From Minisyncoccia bacterium (lineage in GTDB: Bacteria; Patescibacteriota; Minisyncoccia; UBA6257; 2-01-FULL-56-20), in the NCBI GenBank assembly GCA_049997875.1, contig JBEKRC010000001.1:172609-236608 (forward strand): a DNA stretch of 64,000 nucleotides. The letters are read 5' to 3'. Each line of letters opens with the position of its first letter. Positions within the stretch are counted from its first letter, which is position 1. Shown here one piece after another: positions 9,318 through 18,073 of the stretch. The notes beneath the pieces are model-generated. The model searched no databases and had not been told where the DNA came from. It saw nothing but the letters and a program-made list of their open reading frames with translations. The position numbers were made by a program, and so were the translations under genes.

Positions 9318-9374
9318 TTGATTAAAAAATCATTAAATACTCTTTGACTTCTTGCTTGCGCCCGCTATGATAAT
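9318..9374 (+). promoter_or_regulatory. operator-promoter module copy 1
   Basis: Palindromic TTGATTaaaaAATCA operator, TTGACT -35 box, 16-nt spacer, and TATGATAAT -10 box. An identical module recurs at 11723-11779. Confidence 0.5.
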
Positions 9375-9406
9375 GGCGAGATGAACGTGGTATCATAGTA
9401 GTAACC

Positions 9407-9610
9407 ATGGAGCGTAAAGACCTCTTTTTCCAAACCTACGCGAACCTTCCTATTAATGTGAGAAAGGAGATTGTGTTGAGCATAGATCCTCATGGGCCGA
9501 TTACCTGGGAGGTCGCCTATAGGGAAATCAAGGCGGATACTGACCTCGGCAAAATCATTCTTCAGAAATTATTCGATTTGCAATTTATAAAAACTGATAA
9601 TGTCAAATAA
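9407..9610 (+). CDS. small hypothetical protein (67 aa), paralog of the next gene
   Basis: LP.N...D..G....E....D.D.GK.I...L pattern shared with the 9600-9827 product. Start is about 30 nt after the promoter -10. Confidence 0.45.
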   Translation: MERKDLFFQTYANLPINVRKEIVLSIDPHGPITWEVAYREIKADTDLGKIILQKLFDLQFIKTDNVK

Positions 9611-9827
9611 TCAAAACGTAGAAATTACCCCTGAGGTGGTTGACTTGGTTGTCGCCCGCCTCGAAACACTCCCCCCGAATATTTCTATGTCCGTTGGTGA
9701 CAAGGGCAATTTTGATCTCAGAGAATTGATAGAGCACGTTAAGGATCGCGATGAAGTTGGCAAGCAAATTATTGAGATGCAGTTGCTTTATCTGCAATCT
9801 CTTAAGGAGCTCGTTCCGGCCGAATAA
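9600..9827 (+). CDS. small hypothetical protein (75 aa), paralog of the previous gene
   Basis: Overlaps the previous gene by 11 nt and abuts the next (9827/9828), so operon organisation. Confidence 0.45.
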   Translation: MSNNQNVEITPEVVDLVVARLETLPPNISMSVGDKGNFDLRELIEHVKDRDEVGKQIIEMQLLYLQSLKELVPAE

Positions 9828-10442
9828 ATGCTGGCGTTGATAACCAGGCCGAGGTATGAGGATACCACCCACTATCTTTTTTATTGGGCTGGTGAATTGG
9901 TTCGGGAGGCTGAAAAGAGGGGAGTTCAAGTTATCGATTTAGAAAAAGAAAAAGCCTGCCGGAAGATGGTAGAAAGTTATCTGGCGAAGAAGGACCCCGA
10001 CATAGTGATTCTTAATGGACACGGAGACGAAACGTGCGTCGTGGGGCAGGATGGCGAAAAACTGTTCATCTTAGGGCAAAATACGCACTTGCTTAAGGGT
10101 AGAGAAGTATATATTAGGGCGTGTCGAGCCGGGCGGCAATTAGGGCCTGATATTATAAAAGCCGGAGCAAGCGGTTTTATAGGATATATTCAGAATTTTA
10201 TTTTTCCCTACGACAAGGACAGCATCCAGCGTCCCTTAGAGGATGAATACGCCAAGCCAAATTTGGAGTGTTCAAATCAGGTTGCCAGATCGTTGCTCAA
10301 GGGCAATCCTGCACAAATGGCGCATCAGGATGGCATGCGGATGTTTCGCAAGAAGCTTGACGAGACGATGACGAGCAATTCGCGAAATTCTGCGGTGGCG
10401 ACCTGTCTTCTGTGGAACATGACGAGCCAAATAGCCTTGTAG
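9828..10442 (+). CDS. minimal caspase-like (C14-fold) cysteine protease domain protein
   Basis: DIVILNGHGDE...DGEKLF...LLKGREVYIRACRAG matches the caspase/metacaspase His-Gly ... Q-A-C-x-G dyad architecture, 204 aa. Confidence 0.5.
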   Translation: MLALITRPRYEDTTHYLFYWAGELVREAEKRGVQVIDLEKEKACRKMVESYLAKKDPDIVILNGHGDETCVVGQDGEKLFILGQNTHLLKGREVYIRACRAGRQLGPDIIKAGASGFIGYIQNFIFPYDKDSIQRPLEDEYAKPNLECSNQVARSLLKGNPAQMAHQDGMRMFRKKLDETMTSNSRNSAVATCLLWNMTSQIAL

Positions 10443-10455
10443 GAGAGTCTATAAT

Positions 10456-10482
10456 CTTGAGGTCGCAAATTGCGACCTCAAG
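10456..10482 (+). terminator. hairpin after the caspase-like gene (no clear T-run)
   Basis: cttgaggtcgc-aaat-tgcgacctcaag, an 11-12 bp perfect stem. Confidence 0.35.
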
Positions 10483-10500
10483 TCGTGGGTGGGACTGGGT

Positions 10501-10523
10501 GAGCAGCGAAGCTCCTCACGAGG
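10501..10523 (+). repeat. decayed copy of tRNA-Arg 3' end (R3, att-like); probable right boundary of the tRNA-Arg island
   Basis: gagcagcgaagctcctcacgagg shares tcctcacgagg with the tRNA 3' end. Confidence 0.45.
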
Positions 10524-10558
10524 TGCTGGCCGTCGTGGACGATGTTTGAACGGCAATG

Positions 10559-11089
10559 CTAGCCATTCTTACTTCTCGCCACATCAGAAAGTAGATCAAA
10601 GGCCTCGCGACTTTCTAGGTCCATCCGTTTCTTAAAGAAGTCAAGCATAAGGTTGAGCGATTCCCTGGAAAATAATCCATACTCTATAGCTGGCCAATTC
10701 CTTTTATACCAAACCCCGATTTTTTCCGGCTTTATGGTTGATATGTCTCCTCGGGGGTCTTTGCACGCGACAACAATGCGATGTATTCGATGAACAACCG
10801 AAGCTCCCAAGCACATGAGACATGGTTCAAATGTGGTAAATAATTCAATTTTTGCTTTACCATGTTTATTCCATTTAAAGATGTTTTTAGAGTGTCGCAA
10901 AAACAAAAGCATTTCAGCGTGTGAGATGCGGTCGGCCTTATTCTCTTTTTTATTGTGTTCCTTGGCAATGATGCGTCCATTTACCACAAGCACTGCGCCA
11001 ATGGGATAGTTGCCAGCCTTCTTTGCCACAGAAGCTTGCCGAAGAGCCGCCCGCATGAACTTCTTGTCTCTTACAGAAAATCTTTTCAT
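10559..11089 (-). CDS. tadA: tRNA-specific adenosine deaminase (CDA-fold)
   Basis: HAEMLLF ... EPCLMCLGA zinc-binding deaminase motifs. N-terminal AALRQA...PIGAVLVVNGRII is typical of TadA. Confidence 0.7.
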   Translation of the reverse strand: MKRFSVRDKKFMRAALRQASVAKKAGNYPIGAVLVVNGRIIAKEHNKKENKADRISHAEMLLFLRHSKNIFKWNKHGKAKIELFTTFEPCLMCLGASVVHRIHRIVVACKDPRGDISTIKPEKIGVWYKRNWPAIEYGLFSRESLNLMLDFFKKRMDLESREAFDLLSDVARSKNG

Positions 11090-11144
11090 ATTTCAATTAT
11101 AGAACTAGTTTCAGTTGCTGGCATGCCTGGACGATGTCTGAACC

Positions 11145-11699
11145 CTATTGCCCGCCGACCTTCCGCCCGAGTCCTTCCAAGACCTGAACGTTGGGCAGGC
11201 GGGCGAGGAGCTTGCCGGGGAGGACTAATTTGGATTTGCGGATGCCGCTCCCGATAATGACGTATTCCGCATCAACCACGGTCTTATCAACAAGGAGAGG
11301 CCAATCGCTCGGAAGACCAATGGGAGTAATGGCTCCATACTCCATTCCGGTTTGCGCGACCGCTTGGTCCATAGATGCAAACGATACTCTGCGGGCATCG
11401 AGGGTGCGTCGCGCGAGACCATTCACATCCGCACGGGTACTCCCGAGGATGACGCACGCCGCGAACCATGTTCGCTCGGCACGCTTTGCTTCAAGGACCA
11501 CGCAATTAGCTGCTTGATTTATCTCAACGTGATAGTGTTCGCAAAATGCCGCCGTGTCAGAAAGGTTTGGATCTATCTCGGCCACTCCTATCTCATTTGC
11601 ATCGGGCATGGACGAAAGCATGCTTGCAACCCCTTTCGCGACCAGTGCCAGGTGTTCGTTCGCGGGAACTATTTTCAGAGTTCCCAGGTGAATATCCAC
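11145..11699 (-). CDS. ybaK: YbaK/ProX-family aminoacyl-tRNA deacylase
   Basis: IIGSGIRKSKLVLPGKLL matches the YbaK GxGxRxxxLxLxPxxL region. Confidence 0.65.
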   Translation of the reverse strand: MDIHLGTLKIVPANEHLALVAKGVASMLSSMPDANEIGVAEIDPNLSDTAAFCEHYHVEINQAANCVVLEAKRAERTWFAACVILGSTRADVNGLARRTLDARRVSFASMDQAVAQTGMEYGAITPIGLPSDWPLLVDKTVVDAEYVIIGSGIRKSKLVLPGKLLARLPNVQVLEGLGRKVGGQ

Positions 11700-11722
11700 T
11701 TGTTAAGCATAGCGCACTTCCA

Positions 11723-11779
11723 TTGATTAAAAAATCATTAAATGATCTTTGACTTCTTGCTTGCGCCCGCTATGATGGT
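11723..11779 (+). promoter_or_regulatory. operator-promoter module copy 2 (near-identical to 9318-9374)
   Basis: ttgattaaaaaatcattaaatgatctttgacttcttgcttgcgcccgctatgat. The downstream ATG is at 11793. Confidence 0.5.
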
Positions 11780-11792
11780 CACAAGACGAAAC

Positions 11793-12341
11793 ATGGACAA
11801 AAATGAAGCAGTTGGAAAAGTGAAAACGGTCGGCAACTGGTTTTCGGCGATGCTCCTCGGCAATATCCGCGAGCTGATCGCAAGAATTGATGAGAGGACG
11901 ATCTTTATGCAGAGAGATCTGAAGGATATAAAGCCGAAGGTGGACGACATGTTCCCGAAGGTTGACATTCTTTGGAGAGATCGAATTACTCCTTCGCGCT
12001 CCCCGCGTCGACTCAATGCGAGAGGCAATGCCATACTGAATGGCAGCGGCATTAAAGCAATTATTGACGCTAAAAAAGCTCAACTCCTCCAGCTGGTGCG
12101 AACAAAGAATGTCTCAAATGCCTATGATGCGGAAAATACGATATTGGAAGTGGTAAAAGAGTTGCCCCTACACTACCCAGACATAATAAGCGACTTAAAG
12201 AACGGAGCGTTTAGGGTTGGGGCCAGCATTGACGAAGTACTTCTTGTTGGCGGGATTTATTTGCGAGACATTATTTTCTCGGATTTGGGATTTTCACTTG
12301 ATAATGTAGATCGCCCGGGAACTTCAAAAGGAGGAGAATAA
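11793..12341 (+). CDS. hypothetical protein (182 aa) under the duplicated operator-promoter
   Basis: ATG is 14 nt after the -10 box. No recognised domain. The 3' end overlaps the convergent DUF2283 gene by about 85 nt. Confidence 0.45.
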   Translation: MDKNEAVGKVKTVGNWFSAMLLGNIRELIARIDERTIFMQRDLKDIKPKVDDMFPKVDILWRDRITPSRSPRRLNARGNAILNGSGIKAIIDAKKAQLLQLVRTKNVSNAYDAENTILEVVKELPLHYPDIISDLKNGAFRVGASIDEVLLVGGIYLRDIIFSDLGFSLDNVDRPGTSKGGE

Positions 12342-12508
12342 CGTACAGAACATTCCTGTCCCGAACAATTTAAAATCTCAACGCCTAAGAGGTTCCCTTT
12401 TTTGTCGTAATCAACCAGGCAGGTCCCTTCCTGTTTTGTTTTTGCTACCTCGCCCTTTTTCAGTTGAATATAGAGGGCGTCTGCTTGGGGATCGTGTTTT
12501 ATTTGCAT
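12257..12508 (-). CDS. DUF2283-family small protein (putative antitoxin partner)
   Basis: MQIKHDPQADALYIQLKKGEVAKTKQEGTCLVDYDKKGNLLGVEILNCS matches the DUF2283 profile (M.I.YD.E.DALYI.L ... GVEIL.AS). Confidence 0.55.
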   Translation of the reverse strand: MQIKHDPQADALYIQLKKGEVAKTKQEGTCLVDYDKKGNLLGVEILNCSGQECSVRYSPPFEVPGRSTLSSENPKSEKIMSRK

Positions 12509-12519
12509 GGTTTTGTTAT

Positions 12520-12732
12520 TTATGTCCAGTACGCGGTGATGACGCCGATTCTTTTGGCGCTTTTTATGTTGTATATAACGGTCAGAGTCCCCCGCTGGTT
12601 TCTGTGTGTTGCCTTTCTTAAGCCGCCGCTCGTGTCTTCCTGCGTACCATGGCGTAAGGCCGTTGCCACGTCCTTTTTCGTAATTTTTCTTTCTTTGAGC
12701 CGAGCCAGTGCGTGGTGGGTGTAATCCGCCAC
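12520..12732 (-). CDS. DUF4258-family small protein (putative toxin partner)
   Basis: YTHHALARLKERKITKKDV ... TLTVIYNIKSAKRIGVITAYWT matches DUF4258 (H...R..ERGI ... VVY ... VITAY). Confidence 0.6.
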   Translation of the reverse strand: MADYTHHALARLKERKITKKDVATALRHGTQEDTSGGLRKATHRNQRGTLTVIYNIKSAKRIGVITAYWT

Positions 12733-12797
12733 CAGCGGATTGTGCCATAAAGAGCATTAAATCCTTTTAAAAAGATTTTTGCGTTATACTGTCCTAT

Positions 12798-13439
12798 ATG
12801 GACAAGCGTGCTGAACTTATAAAGTTGGAGGCGGAGGTGGCCACCGCATCCCTGCCGTTCCGCGAATCTAATTTGGTCTTCGGCGAGGGGAATATTGACT
12901 GCGAGGTGATGTTCATCGGCGAAGGTCCGGGCTATAACGAGGACCGGCTGAAGCGGCCGTTCGTGGGGAGGGCTGGGCAACTTTTGGACGATCTCATCAA
13001 GGATATCGGCTGGAAGCGCGAGGATGTCTATATTACGAACATCATCAAGCGCCGCCCGCCGGAGAACCGTGATCCGCTGCCTTCTGAAATTGAGGCGTAC
13101 GAACCGTATCTCACGCGGCAAATAGAGATCATCAATCCGAAAGTGATCGTCGCGGTGGGCCGCTTCGCGATGAATTATTTCCTACCCGATGCGAAGATTA
13201 CGCGCGACCACGGGCGGGTGTTTAAGGTGGGAGAAAGGATCGTGTTCCCGATTTACCACACTGCTGCCGCGCTCCGATCGCCAATAGAGATGATGGGCGC
13301 GCTTCGCGAGGACTTTAAAAAACTGCCCAAGATTCTGAAGGGTGAACTTACCATAGAGGTGGTTGCGCCTATCGCGGCGGCGAAGATGGCACGGGCCGCA
13401 AAGAAAGCGGCGAAGCCGGAGCAGCCAGGCCTTTTTTGA
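12798..13439 (+). CDS. uracil-DNA glycosylase, family 4
   Basis: GEGPG motif and FVGRAGQLL motif. Confidence 0.8.
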   Translation: MDKRAELIKLEAEVATASLPFRESNLVFGEGNIDCEVMFIGEGPGYNEDRLKRPFVGRAGQLLDDLIKDIGWKREDVYITNIIKRRPPENRDPLPSEIEAYEPYLTRQIEIINPKVIVAVGRFAMNYFLPDAKITRDHGRVFKVGERIVFPIYHTAAALRSPIEMMGALREDFKKLPKILKGELTIEVVAPIAAAKMARAAKKAAKPEQPGLF

Positions 13440-13453
13440 GGTATCATTAAGGC

Positions 13454-13801
13454 ATGGATTTCGCGCCGGCGTATCTTGTGCAGCGGTTCTTTTATCGCCT
13501 CACGGATTTTTTCCATCACTGGTATGTGGACGGCTCGCGCAGGATCGGGCATCGGTTTATCGCGACACTGGAAGAGGCCGATCGCGCGTTTGCGGTCAGA
13601 GTCACTCTCCGGTATTTTTTCCGGCCGCTCTACGGCGACTACACGGTCATCGGGCGCATCCTCGGCATTATTTTCCGGACCGGCAGGATTTTGATCGGCG
13701 GCGCGGTATACGCGGTGATTGCGCTGCTTTTCCTGCTTTTCTACGCGATCTGGCTCGCGACGCCGGCCGTTATTATTTTCAATGCCGCAAGAGGACTCTA
13801 A
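13454..13801 (+). CDS. possible small membrane protein (two C-terminal hydrophobic helices); may instead be noise or part of the downstream gene's 5' region
   Basis: ORF only. Overlaps the start of the AAA+ gene in a different frame. Confidence 0.25.
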   Translation: MDFAPAYLVQRFFYRLTDFFHHWYVDGSRRIGHRFIATLEEADRAFAVRVTLRYFFRPLYGDYTVIGRILGIIFRTGRILIGGAVYAVIALLFLLFYAIWLATPAVIIFNAARGL

Positions 13802-16304
13802 TCGCTACGAGTTGCGGTTTGATGATCCGCGGCTCAAGATGACGATCGCGGGAAGATTCACGGTCCGCGTCGTGAGCTATATCACCAACTTGGTTTTGCT
13901 TTTCGCCACAGCGACCCTTCTCATTTCGGAGATACGGCCGCTCCGGTACGCCGGGATTTTCCTGGGGCTCGTCTTTTTGGACCGGCTTGTGCATTGGGGC
14001 GAAGCGGATCTCCCTATTGCGGAGCTTCCCTCACAGGGAAAGATCAATCTTGCGTGGCTCCTCACGCCCGCCGCCTTCTCGGCGCTCGCGCGCGCATTTG
14101 ATTACGGCCTTGTCGCGAAGCAGAACTTTTTCCTTTGCGTCACCGGGCGTTTGATAGACCTTCCGCGCATGGGCGAGGGCCTGCGTCGCCTTGACGTGAA
14201 ACCGGACGAATTCAAAGCGAAATTCACCGAATTACTTACGGAGCCGGTTTCCGCGGAGATGGCGTCGCATGAGGAATATCAGAAAAGCGCCGAAGTGCTT
14301 GTGGCGGCCGCCTTCGGCGAAGCGCTTACCGCTGGCCATAATTTCATAGAGCCGAGCGATCTCTTCTCGGCCCTCGCAAAGGTAAAATCCGACGTTATGG
14401 ACCGGCTTTTCCACATGTTTGGAATAGAAGCGGGAGATTTGGAAACCGCACTCATCTTTTCGTCGGCCAGGCGCTCATTCATACGCCGTTTCCCCCGCGC
14501 CGTGAGCGGATTCATTTTTGAATCAAACCGCCACCTGCGGCACCGCATTATGAACCGAGCATGGACGGCGCGGCCAACGCCGACGTTGGACAGGTACGGC
14601 ACCGACTTCACCGACCTTGCGCGCGCGCAACAGGTGGGATTTCTTATCGGCCATGATGCAGAGTACGAACGGCTTGTGGAAACGCTTGGCCGCCCCATGA
14701 ATCCGAACGCCCTTCTCGTCGGCGAGCCGGGGATCGGGAAAGAAGCACTGGTGCAGCATCTCGCGTTCGCGCTTACCAAGGACAAGGTGCCGAAGGCGCT
14801 GTTTGACAAACGGCTTGTGTCAATTGAACTTCAAAATCTCGTGGCCGGCGCGCCGCCGGAGGAGCTTTCCGCGCGGCTCAAAAAGATCGTGGAGGAAATT
14901 TACATGGCGGGAAACATCATCATCTATATCCCGGATATCCACAATCTTGTCCACACCTCCGGCACGGCATACCTTTCGGCGGCGGACGTTTTGATGCCCG
15001 TCATCAAAGATAACGCGTTCCCCGTCGTGGGGGCCACGTATCCGAGAGAGTTCAAGCAGCTCATAGAGCCGCGGAGCGATTTTGTGGGCGCTTTCGAGGT
15101 CATTCACATGAACGAGGTGACCGAAGCGGAAGCGGGAAGGATCCTCACGTACGAAAGCATACTTCTTGAGCAGAAGAGCCGCGTCGTGATCAGTTTCGGC
15201 GCGGTGAAGTGCGCGGTCACGCTCGCCAAGAAATATTTTAGGGACAAACTTCTGCCGTCAAGCGCGGAGGAACTGTTAAAGTCCGCGCTCGTGGATGCGG
15301 AAGAGCGCAGTGAAAAGACATTGACCGCGGATAGGGTGATGGCGGTGGCCGAAGCGAAGGTGCACATGCCGATCCGCGAAGCGGGCGCGGAGGAATCGGA
15401 AAAACTGCTGCACCTTGAAGAGATTATCCACGAACGGCTTGTGGACCAGGAAGAGGCGGTCACCGCGGTCGCAGAGGCGCTCCGCGAATACCGGAGCGGT
15501 CTTACGCGCAAAGGCGGGCCGATCGCGAGTTTCCTTTTTGTGGGTCCCACCGGCGTGGGCAAGACCGAGCTTGCGAAGACGCTCGCAAAGGTGCAATTCG
15601 GTTCGGAGCAGATGATGGTGCGGTTTGACATGACGGAATATCAGGACAAGGCAAGCTACTCCCGCTTCATCGGCTCGCCGGACGGGGCTACGCGCGGCGC
15701 CTTGACCGACGCCATTCATGACAAGCCGTACAGCTTGGTCCTCCTTGACGAATTTGAGAAAGCGTTTCCGGACATCCTGAATTTGTTTCTTCAAGTTTTT
15801 GACGACGGCCGTCTCACGGACAGCCTTGACCGCACGATTGACTTTACGAATACGATCATCATTGCGACTTCCAATGCGCACTCCGACATCATCAATGAGT
15901 CCCTCGCAAAAGGCGAGTCGATGACGGACATCGCGGAATACCTCAAAAAACGGCTCATAGACGTCTTCAAGCCGGAGCTCCTGAACCGCTTTTCCAAAAT
16001 CGTCATCTTCAGGGATCTTGGCCCGAAGGAGCTCGGAAAGATCGTGGAACTGAATTTGAAGGAACTCGCGGAAACGGTGAAAGATCAAGGCATTGCGCTT
16101 GAGTTTGATCCGGCGGCAGTGGCGCAGCTTGTGAAGCTCGGCTACGACCCCGCGTTCGGCGCGCGTCCCCTGCGCCGCGTGATTGACGAAAAGCTCAAGG
16201 CGCCGCTCTCCCGCACCATCCTCTCAAAGAAGATCGGCAGAGGGAGCCGCGTGAAGCTTGTGCTTACGGGCGACGCCTTTGATTTTGTGGATGCGGCGCA
16301 ATAG
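13782..16304 (+). CDS. ClpA/ClpB/ClpC-family AAA+ unfoldase with N-terminal hydrophobic segment and degenerate NBD1
   Basis: NBD2 is canonical: GPTGVGKTE Walker A, LLDEFEKA Walker B, sensor/arginine region, and the ClpB-type C-terminal block. NBD1 has GEPGIGKEA (Thr to Glu) and IIIYIPDIH (no Walker B Glu). There is a Clp_N-like repeat after a hydrophobic helix, and no long M-domain. Confidence 0.75.
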   Translation: MPQEDSNRYELRFDDPRLKMTIAGRFTVRVVSYITNLVLLFATATLLISEIRPLRYAGIFLGLVFLDRLVHWGEADLPIAELPSQGKINLAWLLTPAAFSALARAFDYGLVAKQNFFLCVTGRLIDLPRMGEGLRRLDVKPDEFKAKFTELLTEPVSAEMASHEEYQKSAEVLVAAAFGEALTAGHNFIEPSDLFSALAKVKSDVMDRLFHMFGIEAGDLETALIFSSARRSFIRRFPRAVSGFIFESNRHLRHRIMNRAWTARPTPTLDRYGTDFTDLARAQQVGFLIGHDAEYERLVETLGRPMNPNALLVGEPGIGKEALVQHLAFALTKDKVPKALFDKRLVSIELQNLVAGAPPEELSARLKKIVEEIYMAGNIIIYIPDIHNLVHTSGTAYLSAADVLMPVIKDNAFPVVGATYPREFKQLIEPRSDFVGAFEVIHMNEVTEAEAGRILTYESILLEQKSRVVISFGAVKCAVTLAKKYFRDKLLPSSAEELLKSALVDAEERSEKTLTADRVMAVAEAKVHMPIREAGAEESEKLLHLEEIIHERLVDQEEAVTAVAEALREYRSGLTRKGGPIASFLFVGPTGVGKTELAKTLAKVQFGSEQMMVRFDMTEYQDKASYSRFIGSPDGATRGALTDAIHDKPYSLVLLDEFEKAFPDILNLFLQVFDDGRLTDSLDRTIDFTNTIIIATSNAHSDIINESLAKGESMTDIAEYLKKRLIDVFKPELLNRFSKIVIFRDLGPKELGKIVELNLKELAETVKDQGIALEFDPAAVAQLVKLGYDPAFGARPLRRVIDEKLKAPLSRTILSKKIGRGSRVKLVLTGDAFDFVDAAQ

Positions 16305-16321
16305 CGAGATGTGGCATTGAC

Positions 16322-18073
16322 ATGCAGAAAGTTTCCAACCAATCGGTTGCAGAACTTCTCCGCGAGATCGGGGAATATCTTGAGATGCAAAATATTCCCT
16401 TCAAGCCGCGCGCCTATCAAAAAGCGGCGCTGGCGATAGAGGGATTGGAGGAGGAGGCAGCCGATATATATCAACGGGGCGGAATTAAAGCGCTCAAAGA
16501 GATTCCCGGCGTGGGCGTTTCCATCGCGGAGAAAATTGAGGAGTTCGTGCGGACCGGCAAAGTGAGATATTACGAAGATTTGAAAAAGAAAACGCCGGTG
16601 AATCTTGAGAGCTTGTCGCGCGTGGAAGGGCTCGGTCCGAAGTCAATCAAAAAGCTTTATCAAAAATTGGGCGTAAGCGACCTTGCGGGGCTTGAGAAAG
16701 CGGCGAAGGCGGGCAAGATCGCGAAACTCACAGGATTTGGCGAGAAGAGCGAAGAGAAAATTTTGAAGGGCATCGGTTTTGCGAAGAGTTCGGGCAGTCG
16801 GTTCCTCCTTGGTTATATGATGCCGCAGATCCGCGCCATTGAGGCGGGGCTCGCGAGAGTCGCGGGCGTTACGAAGGCGATCGCCGCGGGTTCCGTGCGC
16901 CGCAGGAAAGAAACGATTGGCGACGTGGATATCCTTGTCGTTTCCGCAAAACCGAAGGAGGCGATGGACTACTTCGTTTCCATGCCTGATGTGGTGTCGG
17001 TCATCGCGCACGGTGAGACGAAATCATCGGTAAAATTAAAATCGGGGATCAACGTTGATCTCCGGGTCGTGCCGAAGGAATCCTACGGTGCCGCACTCAA
17101 TTATTTCACCGGTTCCAAGGACCACAACGTCGCGTTGCGCAAGATTGCCGTCGCGAAGGGATGGAAACTGAACGAGTACGGATTGTTTTCTTTGAAAGGT
17201 AGCCGCGGAGGAGGCGGCCGGGAAAAAGTGATCGCGGGCGCCACCGAAGAGGAACTCTATAAGGCGTTCGGCATGGATTACATTGAGCCGGAGTTGCGCG
17301 AGAACACGGGCGAGTTGGAAGCCGCGCGGGCGCATCAGCTGCCGAAATTGGTCGGTTATGGCGATCTCCTGGGAGACCTCCAGACGCAGACCGACTGGAC
17401 CGACGGGTCAGATTCCATAGAAGGCCTGGCCAAGGCGGCGATGGCGCGCGGGCTCCGCTATATCGCGATCACCGACCACACGAAGCGGCTCGCGATGACG
17501 CACGGCTTGGACGCGGTGCGGATTTTGAAGCAGATGGCGGAGATTGATCGGCTGAACAAAAAGTTTGCGGGGAAGATCGTCATTCTCAAAGGGACCGAGT
17601 GCGACATTTTGAAGGATGGCACGCTGGATCTTCCGGATTCCGTTCTCGCCAAACTGGACGTGGTCGGGGTCTCGGTGCATTCGCATTTCAACCTTCCGCG
17701 TGCAGAGCAGACGGAGCGGCTCACGCGCGCCATGGCGAACCCGCACGCGGACATCCTTTTCCATCCTACCGGCCGGATCATCAACCGCCGCCCGCCGTAC
17801 GACGTGGATATGGAAGCGATCATCGCGCACGCAAAGAAAGCCGGCACCGTTCTTGAAATTGACGCGCTCCCCGAGCGCCTTGATCTCAAAGACGAGTATG
17901 TGCGGAAGTGCGTGGAGGCCCGCGTGCCCATGGCTATTGACTCCGATGCGCACGCCGCCGCGCATTTCTCCCTTTTGGAGTGGGGTATTGCGCAGGCCCG
18001 TCGCGGCTGGGCGACAAAAAGTGATATAATAAACACTTGGCCGTTGGAAAAAATGAAAAAGTTTCTAAAGTAA
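16322..18073 (+). CDS. polX: DNA polymerase X family with C-terminal PHP phosphoesterase domain
   Basis: N-terminal HhH pairs (GVGVSIAEK, GLGPKSIKK), Pol-beta-like nucleotidyltransferase core, and a PHP domain with His/Asp clusters. Confidence 0.85.
   Translation: MQKVSNQSVAELLREIGEYLEMQNIPFKPRAYQKAALAIEGLEEEAADIYQRGGIKALKEIPGVGVSIAEKIEEFVRTGKVRYYEDLKKKTPVNLESLSRVEGLGPKSIKKLYQKLGVSDLAGLEKAAKAGKIAKLTGFGEKSEEKILKGIGFAKSSGSRFLLGYMMPQIRAIEAGLARVAGVTKAIAAGSVRRRKETIGDVDILVVSAKPKEAMDYFVSMPDVVSVIAHGETKSSVKLKSGINVDLRVVPKESYGAALNYFTGSKDHNVALRKIAVAKGWKLNEYGLFSLKGSRGGGGREKVIAGATEEELYKAFGMDYIEPELRENTGELEAARAHQLPKLVGYGDLLGDLQTQTDWTDGSDSIEGLAKAAMARGLRYIAITDHTKRLAMTHGLDAVRILKQMAEIDRLNKKFAGKIVILKGTECDILKDGTLDLPDSVLAKLDVVGVSVHSHFNLPRAEQTERLTRAMANPHADILFHPTGRIINRRPPYDVDMEAIIAHAKKAGTVLEIDALPERLDLKDEYVRKCVEARVPMAIDSDAHAAAHFSLLEWGIAQARRGWATKSDIINTWPLEKMKKFLK

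Noticed and set aside
8060-10530. Intact prophage or integron at the tRNA-Arg locus
   Set aside because: No integrase, capsid, terminase or attC/attI features were found. Only att-like remnants and cargo genes are present.
14279-16088. Long minus-strand ORFs (176-270 aa) inside the Clp ATPase gene
   Set aside because: Antisense ORFs typical of high-GC coding sequence. The sense-strand AAA+ motifs are decisive.
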